DNA of 64,000 nucleotides, from contig CBDBMJ010000001.1 of NCBI GenBank assembly GCA_965207455.1, forward strand, positions 640,001 through 704,000, given 5' to 3'. Within the stretch, counting starts at the first letter, position 1. Each line of letters opens with the position of its first letter. The notes under the pieces were generated by a model. It worked only from the letters and a program-made list of their open reading frames with translations, had not been told where the DNA came from and searched no databases. This DNA is from Bdellovibrionota bacterium (GTDB lineage: Bacteria > Bdellovibrionota > UBA1018 > CAIPTA01 > JAALKR01). The position numbers and the translations under genes are program-made. Shown here piece after piece: positions 11,234 to 21,292 of this stretch.

Positions 11234-11788
11234 TTAAGGAGCGTGATCCACCAGTTGATTTAGTATCTTTTGGCAGTTTTGTGCGCTAAGGGCAAAATCT
11301 CTCTTACTATATTTTTTTGTACCCCAGAGTTGTAGTTCTATGGAGCAACTCGACGGGGTGCTGGCCAGGGTTCTGCCTTCATCAAAGGAGGACTGGTTTT
11401 TTCCTGGAAGTATGGAGAGCATAAGGGGGTGATCGCTTTTTTCGTCCCCTAGGAAAGAATAGTAGTCCATGGATTCTTTATTGATGAGTCGTAGGGCATG
11501 GTTTTTATTGTTAAAAATAAGGTAGAAATTTCCGTTCTTATAGCCCACTGACATGCCCACAGTCTGGAAAAAAACATGGGAGGGACCACTGCTAGCCAAA
11601 GTTCGGCTCTTGCCCGTAGAGGCGACCTTTTGAAACTCATCCTTCACATTATTTAACCATGTAAAGTCTCCCCGTAGGGCAGCAGGTAATTGATCGAGGC
11701 CTTTTCGAGCATGCATTGCGCCTGAGCAGGCATTGAGGGAAATCAAAAATAATGCAGCAAGTAAGGCTGTTTGGATCTTTGGCATCAT
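11234..11788 (-). CDS. Hypothetical lipoprotein
   Basis: From ATG 11788: MMPKIQTALLAALFLISLNAC, a signal peptide with lipobox-like LNAC. Confidence 0.65.
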   Translation of the reverse strand: MMPKIQTALLAALFLISLNACSGAMHARKGLDQLPAALRGDFTWLNNVKDEFQKVASTGKSRTLASSGPSHVFFQTVGMSVGYKNGNFYLIFNNKNHALRLINKESMDYYSFLGDEKSDHPLMLSILPGKNQSSFDEGRTLASTPSSCSIELQLWGTKKYSKRDFALSAQNCQKILNQLVDHAP

Positions 11789-11906
11789 TGCTTTTATTGT
11801 ATCACACGATAATGCATATCTCCAAGTGGGCATACCATCGACCGCAGGAGTCCCGCTGTATGAAAATTTCTTGTGAATTCCGTGTGCCAACTGGTAAATA
11901 AAATCC

Positions 11907-14510
11907 ATGGATCCTGCAAAATTAGAGTTACTGCCAGATACTCCCATGTGGAAGCAATTTAGGGAGATTAAGGGTAAGGCTTTGGATAGTCTCTTATTTT
12001 ACCGTATGGGTGATTTTTATGAGCTTTTCTTAGAGGACGCTGTGATTGCTGCTAATGTATTGGGCATTACCCTAACGGCTCGCCATAAAAAACAGGCTCA
12101 CCCGGTGGCCATGTGTGGAGTTCCTTTCCATAGTGCCACGGCTTATATCAATAAATTATTAGCAGCGGGACATAGGGTGGCTATCTGTGAACAGGTATCA
12201 AAGCCGGGGGAACAAAAAGGGATTGTGAAGAGAGAGATTGTGCGTGTGGTGAGTCCGGGAGTTGCCTATGATCACGATGCTTTGGAGGAGAGTGAGCATA
12301 ACTATTTAATGGCAGTAAGCTTTATGTCGTGGGGGGGAAGTTATTGTGCCACCGATCTTTCCACGGGAGATTCTCTCTATGGTAGTTTTTCTTCTGTAGA
12401 GGATTTCTTCAGTGCTCTTTCTTTTCTCCAGCCCAAAGAGATTATTTTAAGTGTGAGTCAGGACGAAAAGGGAGAGTGGGAGAAGGTTGCGCCTTATTAT
12501 GATGATAAAAAGCCTTGTATCACGGTTTGCCCCGATTATTATTTTGCTCAGGAGGCTGGCTTTGAGGATTTGTGTCGTCACTTTGGAGTGAATCACTTAG
12601 AGGCCTTTAATCTATCTCGTAAGTCTCCAGAGTTAGGTTCCATCAATGCTATTTTTCGAAAGATGAAGGAGAGTAAGGTAAATTTATGTCACCTTCAACC
12701 GCCCCGGGAAAACACAAGTGTTGATTGTTTACATATCGACGATAGTACCATCGATCATTTGGATTTATTTCCCAAGGCAGATCGGAACGCGTCGGAAAGT
12801 CTTTTCTTTCATATTAACCGAACCACCACGGCTTTGGGAGTGCGTATGTTGAGAAAGATGCTTCTCCGTCCGTTGCAAAATGTTAGTAAGATTCAAGCAC
12901 GTCAGCGGGCGATTAAAGAATTATTACAAAGTGATTTACTGATTGTACTTCGTTCCCAGCTATCGGGAATTAAGGATGTGGAGCGCTTAGTGGCTAAGTT
13001 GGGATTGCAGTCTGCCTCTCCTCGGGATCTTTTTGTGCTTGGAGAGACATTGGCAAGGATTCCGGAAATAAAAAAAATATTGCAACAGCTTTCCTCTAGT
13101 CCGCTGTTATCCCATATCGAATCCAAGTTAGGGAGTTTTCCCTCTATTGTCAGTCTATTATCCAAAAGTCTTCGAGACGACGCTCCCGTTCATACCAGAG
13201 AGGGAAAAATCTTTAAGAAGGGATGGAATGGGGATTTGGACGAGCTTATTAATCTCTCCACCCATGCTCAGGATCTTATTATTAGCATGGAGGAGGAGGA
13301 AAGAAAGAAAACAGGGATTCATAATTTAAAGATCAAGTACAATCGGGTATTTGGTTATGCCATAGAGATAACAAAGTCTCACTTAAAGTTAGTGCCGCCC
13401 CATTATGTGCGAAAGCAAACTACGATACATGCCGAGCGTTTTATAACAGAGGAATTAAAGTTATTTGAGCACAAAGTATTGAGTGCAGAGGAATCGAGGA
13501 TTTCTTTGGAAGCAAGTTTATTTAACACTCTTATTGAGACTATTTCTCGTAGTAGCAAAGAGATTTTAAAAACAGCGAAGCAAGTGGCTTACTTGGATGC
13601 GCTTCAGGGATTAGCTACGGTTGCCCAAGAAAAACAATTTCAGTGTCCTGAGATTACTGAGGGTATGGATTTGTTTATTGAGGAGGGTCGCCACCCCATA
13701 GTGGAAGCATTGATTGGTCGGGATCATTTTATTCCCAACACGATTGAATGTACGGAGAGGGAAAAATTCTTTTTATTGACGGGTCCAAACATGGGTGGAA
13801 AGTCCACTTATATGAGGCAAGTGGCTTTGCTTACTCTCTTAGCTCATACGGGTTCTTTTATTCCTGCGAAAAGAGCCGTTATAGGGCTTGTGGATAGGAT
13901 TGCTAGCAGGGTGGGTGCCAGTGATCGAATTGGTCAGGGTCAATCCACGTTTATGGTGGAGATGAGTGAGACGGCTCGTATTTTAAGGCAAGCCACAAAA
14001 CGAAGTTTACTTATTATTGATGAAATTGGTCGAGGCACGTCTACTTTTGACGGTTTGGCGTTAGCTTGGGCAATTTTAGAGGATATTCATTCCCGACTAG
14101 GTTGTCGCACTATTTTTGCGACCCATTACCATGAGCTTACGGATTTGGAAAAACAACTAGAAGGGGTGAAAAATCTTTCTGTTTTGGTGGAGGAAAGGGA
14201 CGGTACTATTTTATTTTTACACAAAGTTTCTCCTGGAACTGCCAGTGGTTCCTATGGGGTGCAAGTGGCTAAGTTGGCAGGCTTGCCGGATGTTGTTGTA
14301 AGGCGCGCAGCGAGTTTATTAGAGACATTGGAAAAGAAGTCTCCTCCATCTCCGCCTAAGGCATCAAAAACACCAGAAAAAATAATAAAAAAGCGACTAT
14401 CACCTCTAGAAGAAGAGTTAAAAAGTTTAGACATCAATCAGTGCACGCCCATGGACACGTTTTTAAAGGTCAAAGAATTTCAAGAGAAATTAAACACCCT
14501 AGAGATATGA
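11907..14510 (+). CDS. mutS: DNA mismatch repair protein MutS
   Basis: TPMWKQF, RMGDFYELF, TGPNMGGKST, DEIGRGTST and FATHYHEL motifs. Confidence 0.97.
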   Translation: MDPAKLELLPDTPMWKQFREIKGKALDSLLFYRMGDFYELFLEDAVIAANVLGITLTARHKKQAHPVAMCGVPFHSATAYINKLLAAGHRVAICEQVSKPGEQKGIVKREIVRVVSPGVAYDHDALEESEHNYLMAVSFMSWGGSYCATDLSTGDSLYGSFSSVEDFFSALSFLQPKEIILSVSQDEKGEWEKVAPYYDDKKPCITVCPDYYFAQEAGFEDLCRHFGVNHLEAFNLSRKSPELGSINAIFRKMKESKVNLCHLQPPRENTSVDCLHIDDSTIDHLDLFPKADRNASESLFFHINRTTTALGVRMLRKMLLRPLQNVSKIQARQRAIKELLQSDLLIVLRSQLSGIKDVERLVAKLGLQSASPRDLFVLGETLARIPEIKKILQQLSSSPLLSHIESKLGSFPSIVSLLSKSLRDDAPVHTREGKIFKKGWNGDLDELINLSTHAQDLIISMEEEERKKTGIHNLKIKYNRVFGYAIEITKSHLKLVPPHYVRKQTTIHAERFITEELKLFEHKVLSAEESRISLEASLFNTLIETISRSSKEILKTAKQVAYLDALQGLATVAQEKQFQCPEITEGMDLFIEEGRHPIVEALIGRDHFIPNTIECTEREKFFLLTGPNMGGKSTYMRQVALLTLLAHTGSFIPAKRAVIGLVDRIASRVGASDRIGQGQSTFMVEMSETARILRQATKRSLLIIDEIGRGTSTFDGLALAWAILEDIHSRLGCRTIFATHYHELTDLEKQLEGVKNLSVLVEERDGTILFLHKVSPGTASGSYGVQVAKLAGLPDVVVRRAASLLETLEKKSPPSPPKASKTPEKIIKKRLSPLEEELKSLDINQCTPMDTFLKVKEFQEKLNTLEI

Positions 14511-16261
14511 AATACAAATGGCAGCTAGCCCAAGCACAATCCAGCCTCCAATCACTTGCCCAAGAGGCTTCCCATGCTCTAGATCTTCCTCTTTGGGTTG
14601 CTCGTATTCTTGCTCAACGATCTCAGTTTTGGGCTGATTCCAGCCTTTCGTCCATGGAGCGTTTTTTACGCCCTCGTCTTCAAGACTTACCCGATCCTTT
14701 TGCCCTAAAAGATATGTCTTTGGCTGTGGATAGGGTTATCCAGGCCATACAGAAAAAAGAAAAGATTCTTATTTATGGTGATTACGACGTGGATGGCACT
14801 GTGGGCGCTGCCATTCTTAGGAGATTTTTTCGTTCTCTAGGTTGTGAGCCATTGGTATTCCAGCCGGACCGTCAGAAAGAGGGTTATGGACTTAACGTTC
14901 AAGCCATTGAAGATTTTGCCAAAAAGGGTGTTCACTTACTCATCAGTGTGGATTGTGGAATATCTAATGTGGTGGAGGCCAAAAGAGCGAAAGAGCTCCA
15001 AATGGATTTAATTATTTGCGACCACCATGAAGTGCCTGATCCCATGCCTCAAGCGTTAGCCGTACTGAACCACAAGCGTAAAGATGATTCCTCGGGGATT
15101 CGCAATTTATGTGGTGCTGGCATGGCTTTTTATTTAGCGATTGCCGTTCGATCCACTTTGCGACAACAAAAGTATTTTAAAAAAGGACCGGACCTTCGCG
15201 AGTTGCTGGACTTGGTGGCTGTGGCTACGATTGCAGATATGGTTCCCCTCTTGGAAGAAAACCGTATCCTTACTCACTTGGGTTTAACAAAACTTAGAAC
15301 GCATCCCTGTGTTGGTTTGCGTGCCCTTTGTGAATGTACTAATACGCCTTTAGGGCAAGTGAGCACTTACCATGTGGGTTTTGTGATTGGTCCTCGGATC
15401 AATGCTTCTGGAAGGTTGGGTTCTGCGAGCATTGCTTTGGAATTATTGTCCACCGACGATCCTATGGTGGCAAAAGATCTAGCCCAACAATTACATGCCA
15501 TCAACCACAAACGTATAGAAGTGCAAAAGCAAGTATCCAAAGAAGCCATGGAACAAAGTGCTGCCTTGGAAACAAACGTTGCGGGTATTGTTATACAATC
15601 GGACCATTGGCACGAAGGTGTTATTGGTATTGTAGCATCTCGTGTGGCAGAGAAATTTCATCGTCCTGTGGTTGTGGTGAGTTTTAAAGACCACATGGGA
15701 AAGGGGTCTGTACGTTCGTACAAAAACATAGATGTGCTGGCTTGCTTACGAGAGTGCGATTCGCTTTTGGTTAAGTATGGAGGTCATGCTGCTGCTGCGG
15801 GATTAAGTGTGGAACGAAAAAATTTCCCTGCTTTTTGCAAAGCCTTTGCACAGGCTGTGGGCAAGCAAGTGGAAGCACTGACTTGTCCGGGGCAAACTCT
15901 TCTTGATCCTGTTATTTCTATTGATATGGAATTATCTCAAAGTTCTTTAGACGTGGAATCGATTGGGCAATTAGCGCGTCTAGAGCCGTTTGGTATGGGT
16001 AACCCTCGTCCTATTATTGCTCTTCAGGGAATAAAAGTAAACAGTAGTCGTTTGTTAAAGGAAGAGCATTTAAAATTGTTTCTTGCTGGTGATTCAAAGG
16101 ATAGCATAAGTACTGGAGACATGGAGGCTATATGGTTTTATGCTCCCAAGGAAAAGCAACCATCCGCTGGAGATTCCATAGATTTAGCCGTTATCCCTGG
16201 GGTATCCACCTTTCGAGGACGCACCCGTCTCGATCTTCAAATTAAAGATCTACGACAATAG
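14507..16261 (+). CDS. recJ: Single-stranded DNA exonuclease RecJ
   Basis: YGDYDVDG, VDCG, DHH, PRINASGR and GGHAAAAG motifs; ATGA overlap with the mutS stop. Confidence 0.95.
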   Translation: MKYKWQLAQAQSSLQSLAQEASHALDLPLWVARILAQRSQFWADSSLSSMERFLRPRLQDLPDPFALKDMSLAVDRVIQAIQKKEKILIYGDYDVDGTVGAAILRRFFRSLGCEPLVFQPDRQKEGYGLNVQAIEDFAKKGVHLLISVDCGISNVVEAKRAKELQMDLIICDHHEVPDPMPQALAVLNHKRKDDSSGIRNLCGAGMAFYLAIAVRSTLRQQKYFKKGPDLRELLDLVAVATIADMVPLLEENRILTHLGLTKLRTHPCVGLRALCECTNTPLGQVSTYHVGFVIGPRINASGRLGSASIALELLSTDDPMVAKDLAQQLHAINHKRIEVQKQVSKEAMEQSAALETNVAGIVIQSDHWHEGVIGIVASRVAEKFHRPVVVVSFKDHMGKGSVRSYKNIDVLACLRECDSLLVKYGGHAAAAGLSVERKNFPAFCKAFAQAVGKQVEALTCPGQTLLDPVISIDMELSQSSLDVESIGQLARLEPFGMGNPRPIIALQGIKVNSSRLLKEEHLKLFLAGDSKDSISTGDMEAIWFYAPKEKQPSAGDSIDLAVIPGVSTFRGRTRLDLQIKDLRQ

Positions 16262-16321
16262 CTATTTTGCAAACCGCCGCTGTTTATTCAATGGGGTCCA
16301 GTCCAAAGATAATTAAAAAAA

Positions 16322-16600
16322 TTACCTGCAGTTGCTGGGACTTTCAGTACAAGTTATAAAAATGGCTCTTTTAAAAGTCATGGTTCTTTTTAGACTTTTC
16401 TCTTTACAGGTTTCTTTGACGTCTTCATAGCAAGCATAATTTTTATTAGGATTATTTCCACAACGCGGGTAATCATATTGTCCATGTTTGCGTTCGACAC
16501 TTGAGCTACACTTCCACTCTTCATTGTCTGTAGAGTCATGGGCAAAAGCTGATATTCCCGTTAATGCTAAAATACATATAGTTATTCTTAAGTAGTTCAT
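16322..16600 (-). CDS. Small secreted Cys-rich protein (paralog of 22389..22685)
   Basis: GGAGG RBS; signal peptide ending AFA; 6 Cys in the mature part, conserved in the paralog. Confidence 0.8.
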   Translation of the reverse strand: MNYLRITICILALTGISAFAHDSTDNEEWKCSSSVERKHGQYDYPRCGNNPNKNYACYEDVKETCKEKSLKRTMTFKRAIFITCTESPSNCR

Positions 16601-16738
16601 AATATCCTCCAGTTAATTGTTGTTATCAAAACAATGTATCACATTAATAAATTGAGGCAACCTCTTTGTGACAATTATAGCAAATCATAAATGCGTCAAA
16701 ATATTCTTTTCCGATTATGTAAAAAATATAGTGCAAAA
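16322..16738 (-). repeat. Direct repeat copy 1 (gene plus about 140 bp upstream); copy 2 at about 22389..22826
   Basis: Shared block TTATAGCAAATCATAAATGCGTCAAAATATTCTTTTCCGATTATGTAAAAAATATAGT and homologous CDS. Confidence 0.9.
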
Positions 16739-16931
16739 GATTTATAGCGATCAACAGAATTTTAAATAATCGCAAATCAAGGAACTGCTGCGCAGTTCTT
16801 ACTGCAATAGCTAATTACTCCACCTCAAGCATGGAGGAAAAGTTCAATTGTTTTCTTGATGCACAAAAAAACATTGATGTACAAAAAATATTCAGTTACT
16901 AAATCCTTTATAAAAAGGGTCTCAGTGTATT

Positions 16932-17030
16932 CCCCTGTTTCAGGGAAGTTGTCCGTTTTTACAATCTGCGTGAGTACGGTTGATTTTTCTTAAAAGCCGC
17001 AATCTCGTAGTTTTTCTATCAACAATAAGA
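16932..17030 (+). mobile_element. Remnant left end of an IS3-family element related to 32102..34191
   Basis: CCCCTGTTTCAGGGAAGTTGTCC...CTTAAAAGCCG.AATCTCGTAG matches the reverse complement of about 34092..34190. Confidence 0.85.
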
Positions 17031-17031
17031 G

Positions 17032-17155
17032 CCTTGCCTTCTTTCAATCTAAATGTATTTTTGCTAAAAAGTCATAACTTGATGTGTTGACTGCCGCCAA
17101 ATGGCACTAAAAGCCCTTTTCAGGCTCGATTTAGATCTATTTATGCAACGACCCC
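17032..17155 (-). mobile_element. Remnant left end of an IS5/IS903-group element related to 19574..20713
   Basis: CCTTGCCTTCTTTCAAT...CTATTTATGCAACGACCCC is homologous to 20590..20713. Confidence 0.8.
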
Positions 17156-17228
17156 TTTAATTAAAAATATTAAGAGTAAAACTATGTAAGGGCAAAACGT
17201 AACTTAGTCTTTTGACCGCCCTTGTACT

Positions 17229-18790
17229 CTAAGAGCGGATATGTTTGGCGTATTGCAGGGGTGTTAGAGGAGTTTCACCATTGAGAACTTTTTTAACGGC
17301 CATCGAGATATAGTTTCTAGGATCAAGCTCCACTTTTTTACAGCTCTCTATGACAGTGTAGAGTGTGGCTGCTGTTTCTGCTCCTTTTGCTGTTTTGGAT
17401 CCGTAAAAGTTTTTTCTTCCCATAACACAGTGGCGCATGGCTCTCTCTGCCTCATTATTTGTTAGAGGAATTTTTGGATCATTTAGAAATAGCACAAGAT
17501 TACTCCAATGTTTAAGGACATAGTTAATGGCTTTTTGTAACTCGCTCTCTCCTCGTGTTTTAGGGGCTAGTTCATACAGCAAGTCTCTAAGCTGGTTTAT
17601 TATTTTCTTTGATTTGCTCTGCCTTAACTCTAACAGATGGGTGTAGTGTTGCGCTTTTGTTTCCACAACAAAAAGTTCAGAAAGTAAATCTAAGACTTGA
17701 TTGCATTCCTCGGGGTAGTTTTTCTCTATATCGGTAAATTTCCTTCTTGCGTGAGCCCAACAGTGCGCAAGTGTTACGCCTTTTATATATTTAAAGTGGG
17801 CGTTGTAGCCTGGGTATGCATCTGTTAGCACAGGCCCTCGATAGGAGCCTAAGAGCTCTTTGGCAATAGCCCCCGATCTCGTTGAAGCAAATTTATAATA
17901 ACTTCCTCCTTGATTGCTCACAGTCCACATATACCCATTTTTTTCTGTAGAGTTATTGATTGGCCAAGGAGTCTCATCCATGTGCAATATGAGTCCGCAT
18001 TCCCCAATCTCTTGTTGAATTCTCTGTGCCACATCTTCTAGGTGGCTTTTTACAAAAAAGGAAAGGGAATAAAGAGTCTTTACGCCTATACTTAAACCGT
18101 TCGAGGCGATCATACGCCTAATTCTTTCTAAGGGAAGATGATAGAGATATTTTTGCGCTACAACATCTACAGCAAAATCAGGAGAGTATTTAGAACCAGG
18201 GACTATTCTTTTAGGACCAGATGCTGTAACGATAATTTCTTTTTCAGTACCCTTGCTAGCTATAAGACGATATTTAGAAAGATATTGCCTTTTTCTTATA
18301 AAACTTTTAACTCTTATCCCCACTTCGTTTGATTCATCAAAAATCTTTAGAGACTCCCACTTCGCATCTTTAGGGTAGCCATATTCTTTTGCTATTTTAG
18401 CAAGCTCTTCCTTTGTTAGCCTGTGATCAACCCGAACTTCTTCCAATCTATCCATTTCTTCTGACTTAGGAGGAGGAGCTAGGCTTTCGGATTGGAGCGA
18501 GAGTTGCCTATCCACATCTCTCTGCCTAGAAGAAGGACGCTTTTCACTACTTTTTCCAAATTTTTTTTATTCAATTTATCATAAGTTTCTTTGAAGTTCG
18601 TAAGGTCTTTATCTAATTTAAGCTTTTGCTGATCTTCCTCTGCTTTCTTTTTCATTATAGCAGTGTTCTCGGACCGCAATCTTTTATTCTCTTTATCTAG
18701 CGATAAACTAGCGTTCCAACAAATTCGAAAATATCCTTTTAACAGTTCGGGGTTTGTTTCATTTTCAACTATCCTAGGAAGATTCTCCAT
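17229..18790 (-). pseudogene. tnpC: IS66 transposase TnpC, split by a frameshift at an A8 run (18561-18568)
   Basis: HMDET, CWAHARRKF and NNEAERAMR motifs; adding one A restores the typical KKFGKSSEK and joins the two ORFs. Confidence 0.88.
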
Positions 18791-18846
18791 ACATGTATAT
18801 GATAAAATAATTTTTACTTTTTATAAAGGATAAAATGAAAATAATT

Positions 18847-19191
18847 TTATTTTTTTCTAAGAATTTTCTTATCTGGAAAATACTTTCTTAGAACAGATCC
18901 ATGTACTAAAAACTTTAATTCCTGCCTTGTTATTTTGTGGGAAATTAAATCAGATACCAGCATGAAATTTTTTTTCTCTAATCTCTTAGACATTAAAATC
19001 AGACCACTGCCGTCAAAAGTAAGCGCTTTTAATCTTTTCCTATTAAAGCCAAGAAATAAAAATAAATCCCCATAGTTTATATCTTTGCCCATTCTCTCCC
19101 GAATAATATAGGACAACCTCTCAAAGCCCCACCTCATGTCAATCTCTTTTGAATAAATAAAAATTTCAGCTTTAGTACTCCAAAAAATCAT
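18847..19191 (-). CDS. tnpB: IS66 accessory protein TnpB
   Basis: DMRWGFERL, LFLF..RKRLKAL.FDGSG...KRLE motifs. Confidence 0.92.
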   Translation of the reverse strand: MIFWSTKAEIFIYSKEIDMRWGFERLSYIIRERMGKDINYGDLFLFLGFNRKRLKALTFDGSGLILMSKRLEKKNFMLVSDLISHKITRQELKFLVHGSVLRKYFPDKKILRKK

Positions 19192-19535
19192 ATAAGCCCC
19201 CCATCTAGCAATCGAGACAAGTCCTCAAAGCTCAAATCGTCCACCTCATAGCCCTTGGGACTCCTTAGGGTATAAAAACCTCTATCTTCAGAGTCAATTT
19301 TTACTTTTTTAAAATGAGGTTTCTCTTTCTTTTCTAAAGCACATATCCACGAGTGCAAGGTTGGCCTGGGTAGTTTCATCTTTCTAGAAAAGTTTTGAAT
19401 GCTGAGGCCGCTTTCTTTAAATAGAACAAGGAGTTCCTCCTTTAGTTCTTTGGGGCAATGGATACCCTTGCTGTTTTTTGAACGTGTCAAATGAGAACTA
19501 ATCTTGGTCTCTAATTCTTGAATTCCTTCTTCCAT
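19188..19535 (-). CDS. tnpA: IS66 accessory protein TnpA (HTH)
   Basis: SGLSIQNFSRKMKLPRPTLHSW HTH; first ORF of the IS66; GGAGG RBS. Confidence 0.8.
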   Translation of the reverse strand: MEEGIQELETKISSHLTRSKNSKGIHCPKELKEELLVLFKESGLSIQNFSRKMKLPRPTLHSWICALEKKEKPHFKKVKIDSEDRGFYTLRSPKGYEVDDLSFEDLSRLLDGGLI

Positions 19536-19573
19536 ATTACCTCCTTAATAATAAGGAGATGGTTTCAGAAATA

Positions 19574-20713
19574 GGGGTTGTTGCGTAATATTTTGTAAGG
19601 ATTGATTTTGAGGTATAGGGAGCCTATCCACATATCTTTTAGGTAATAGTAGAGGAATGGGGCATTCCTAAATGAGTCATCCGATTGAGAATGAAGACCT
19701 TAGTTCTTGCTTCAGTGAGCTGATTTTCAAATTTTCTGCTAGAGAGCGTATTCCCTAGTATTTTTTTGAAGCGATACATGCAAGTTTCTACATTTGATCG
19801 CTTGTGATGATCTGTTTGTTTTTTCCACGCTCGCCTTCCTCCATAACTCCAAATCTCTTCAACTAATTTATCCCTTAAACTAAGACCTGGGTCTCCTCTG
19901 ACCTGAGACTTTGATGTACCTGTCCTGAGAGCTATGCTGGCCTTTGCTCCAGTTTCTGCGATAGCAGTAAAGCAATTTCTAGAGACATAGGCGCCATCAG
20001 CATATACTCTGCCTATATTTTTTAAACCTTTTAGTAATGGCTTCATCATTTGATCGTCGTGGACAGTGGCTTTTGTCAGTTCCATGCTCACGATTTGATG
20101 GCTATCGGGGTCTACTGCCAAGTGTAGTTTTCTCCAAGTCCTTCGCTTCCCTTTACCATGAGTTCGCATCTTCCACTCACCCTCTCCAAAGATTTTTATT
20201 CCGGTAGAGTCTACGGCGATATCAGTAATTCCTTGGGTCTTTGCTTTATAGGAAATATTTACTTTTAAATCTTTTGAACGTCGAGAAAATGAACTATAGT
20301 TTGGAATTTTTAATGCTCCTATTTTAATGAGCTTAAACATCGAACACATAAACCCTTGGGTTGCACGCAAGGGTAAATGAAATAGGCTACGAAAGATAAG
20401 TCCTAGCTCTATACAGCGATCACTATATATGAATGGACGACCTCGCTGGGGGTTGGGATTTCTAGGAGCATACCAATTTTTTATCATATCGTCATCGAGC
20501 CATAAATTTATATCTCCACGCTTTATCAATGCTCGGTTATATTCTGACCAATTGATGTTTTTCTTCGTTCTTTTACTCATAGTTGGCCTCCTTGCCTTCT
20601 TTCAATTTAAGTATATTTTTGCTGAAGGTATATAGTTAGGCGCGTCAGAAGGCCCCAGAGGGCACTAGAGGTCTCTCACAGACTCAATTTGGAGCTATTT
20701 ATGCAACAACACC
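19574..20713 (-). mobile_element. IS5-family (IS903 group) element, 1140 bp
   Basis: IRs GGGGTTGTTGCGTAA / GGTGTTGTTGCATAA; 9-bp TSD TCAGAAATA (19565-19573 and 20714-20722). Confidence 0.93.
19639..20580 (-). CDS. IS5 (IS903-like) DDE transposase
   Basis: NWSEYNRALIKRG, DSTGIKIFGEGEW, RRTWRKLH, ADGAY and RSNVET motifs. Confidence 0.95.
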   Translation of the reverse strand: MSKRTKKNINWSEYNRALIKRGDINLWLDDDMIKNWYAPRNPNPQRGRPFIYSDRCIELGLIFRSLFHLPLRATQGFMCSMFKLIKIGALKIPNYSSFSRRSKDLKVNISYKAKTQGITDIAVDSTGIKIFGEGEWKMRTHGKGKRRTWRKLHLAVDPDSHQIVSMELTKATVHDDQMMKPLLKGLKNIGRVYADGAYVSRNCFTAIAETGAKASIALRTGTSKSQVRGDPGLSLRDKLVEEIWSYGGRRAWKKQTDHHKRSNVETCMYRFKKILGNTLSSRKFENQLTEARTKVFILNRMTHLGMPHSSTIT

Positions 20714-20785
20714 TCAGAAATAATTAGGAAAAGATAGGGCGGTCAAAAGACTAAGTTACGGCAAAACTATGTAGGGGCAAAACTA

Positions 20786-20814
20786 TTGACGTGGTGATTT
20801 ATTTGTTTTATAAG
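20786..20814 (+). promoter_or_regulatory. Putative sigma70 promoter of 20868..21182
   Basis: TTGACG-N17-TATAAG. Confidence 0.55.
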
Positions 20815-20867
20815 AGAAACCAATAAGCAATAACGCTTAACATAAAAACTGAAAGGAAGAATAAAGA

Positions 20868-21182
20868 ATGACAAATATAAAAATAAAAAAACAATACGCT
20901 ACTCTAGCCCTCTGTCTAGCTGTGGGCTTTTTATCAACAACTGCCGAGGCTAATACGGAGTGCTTGGAGGAGTTTCTTAAATGCGATGTTTCATGTCAAC
21001 GGTCATGTGAATCATACACGATGACTTCTGATTTGGCTAGATACTGCAAGAGAATAGGTTCCAAACCTAGTGTTACTGAATATTGTAAAGATCCTTGGAA
21101 TAATAGTCCAGAATCGGCTTGGTATCCTCAGGATCTTAATGAACAAGAAGAGTGCTTAGCAGGCGGCAACGCAGAGCAGTGA
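20868..21182 (+). CDS. Small secreted Cys-rich hypothetical protein
   Basis: Signal peptide ending AEA; 7 Cys in the mature part; own promoter and terminator. Confidence 0.7.
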   Translation: MTNIKIKKQYATLALCLAVGFLSTTAEANTECLEEFLKCDVSCQRSCESYTMTSDLARYCKRIGSKPSVTEYCKDPWNNSPESAWYPQDLNEQEECLAGGNAEQ

Positions 21183-21231
21183 TGCGAAAAAATATGAACA
21201 CAAAGTAGTTTACAGAGCCAGCCTATGAAAC

Positions 21232-21273
21232 AAAAAATCCTCTGTCTGTTATATATAGACAGAGGATTTTTTT
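21232..21273. terminator. Bidirectional intrinsic terminator
   Basis: AAAAAATCCTCTGTCT-loop-AGACAGAGGATTTTTTT between convergent genes. Confidence 0.85.
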
Positions 21274-21292
21274 ATTTACTACCATATTGATC

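Larger units (their letters stand above)
17199..20759 (-). mobile_element. IS66-family element, interrupted by a nested IS5
   Basis: Perfect 24-bp IRs GTAACTTAGTCTTTTGACCGCCCT (17199-17222 and 20736-20759); 8-bp TSD GGCAAAAC (17191-17198 and 20760-20767); tnpA-tnpB-tnpC order. Confidence 0.95.
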
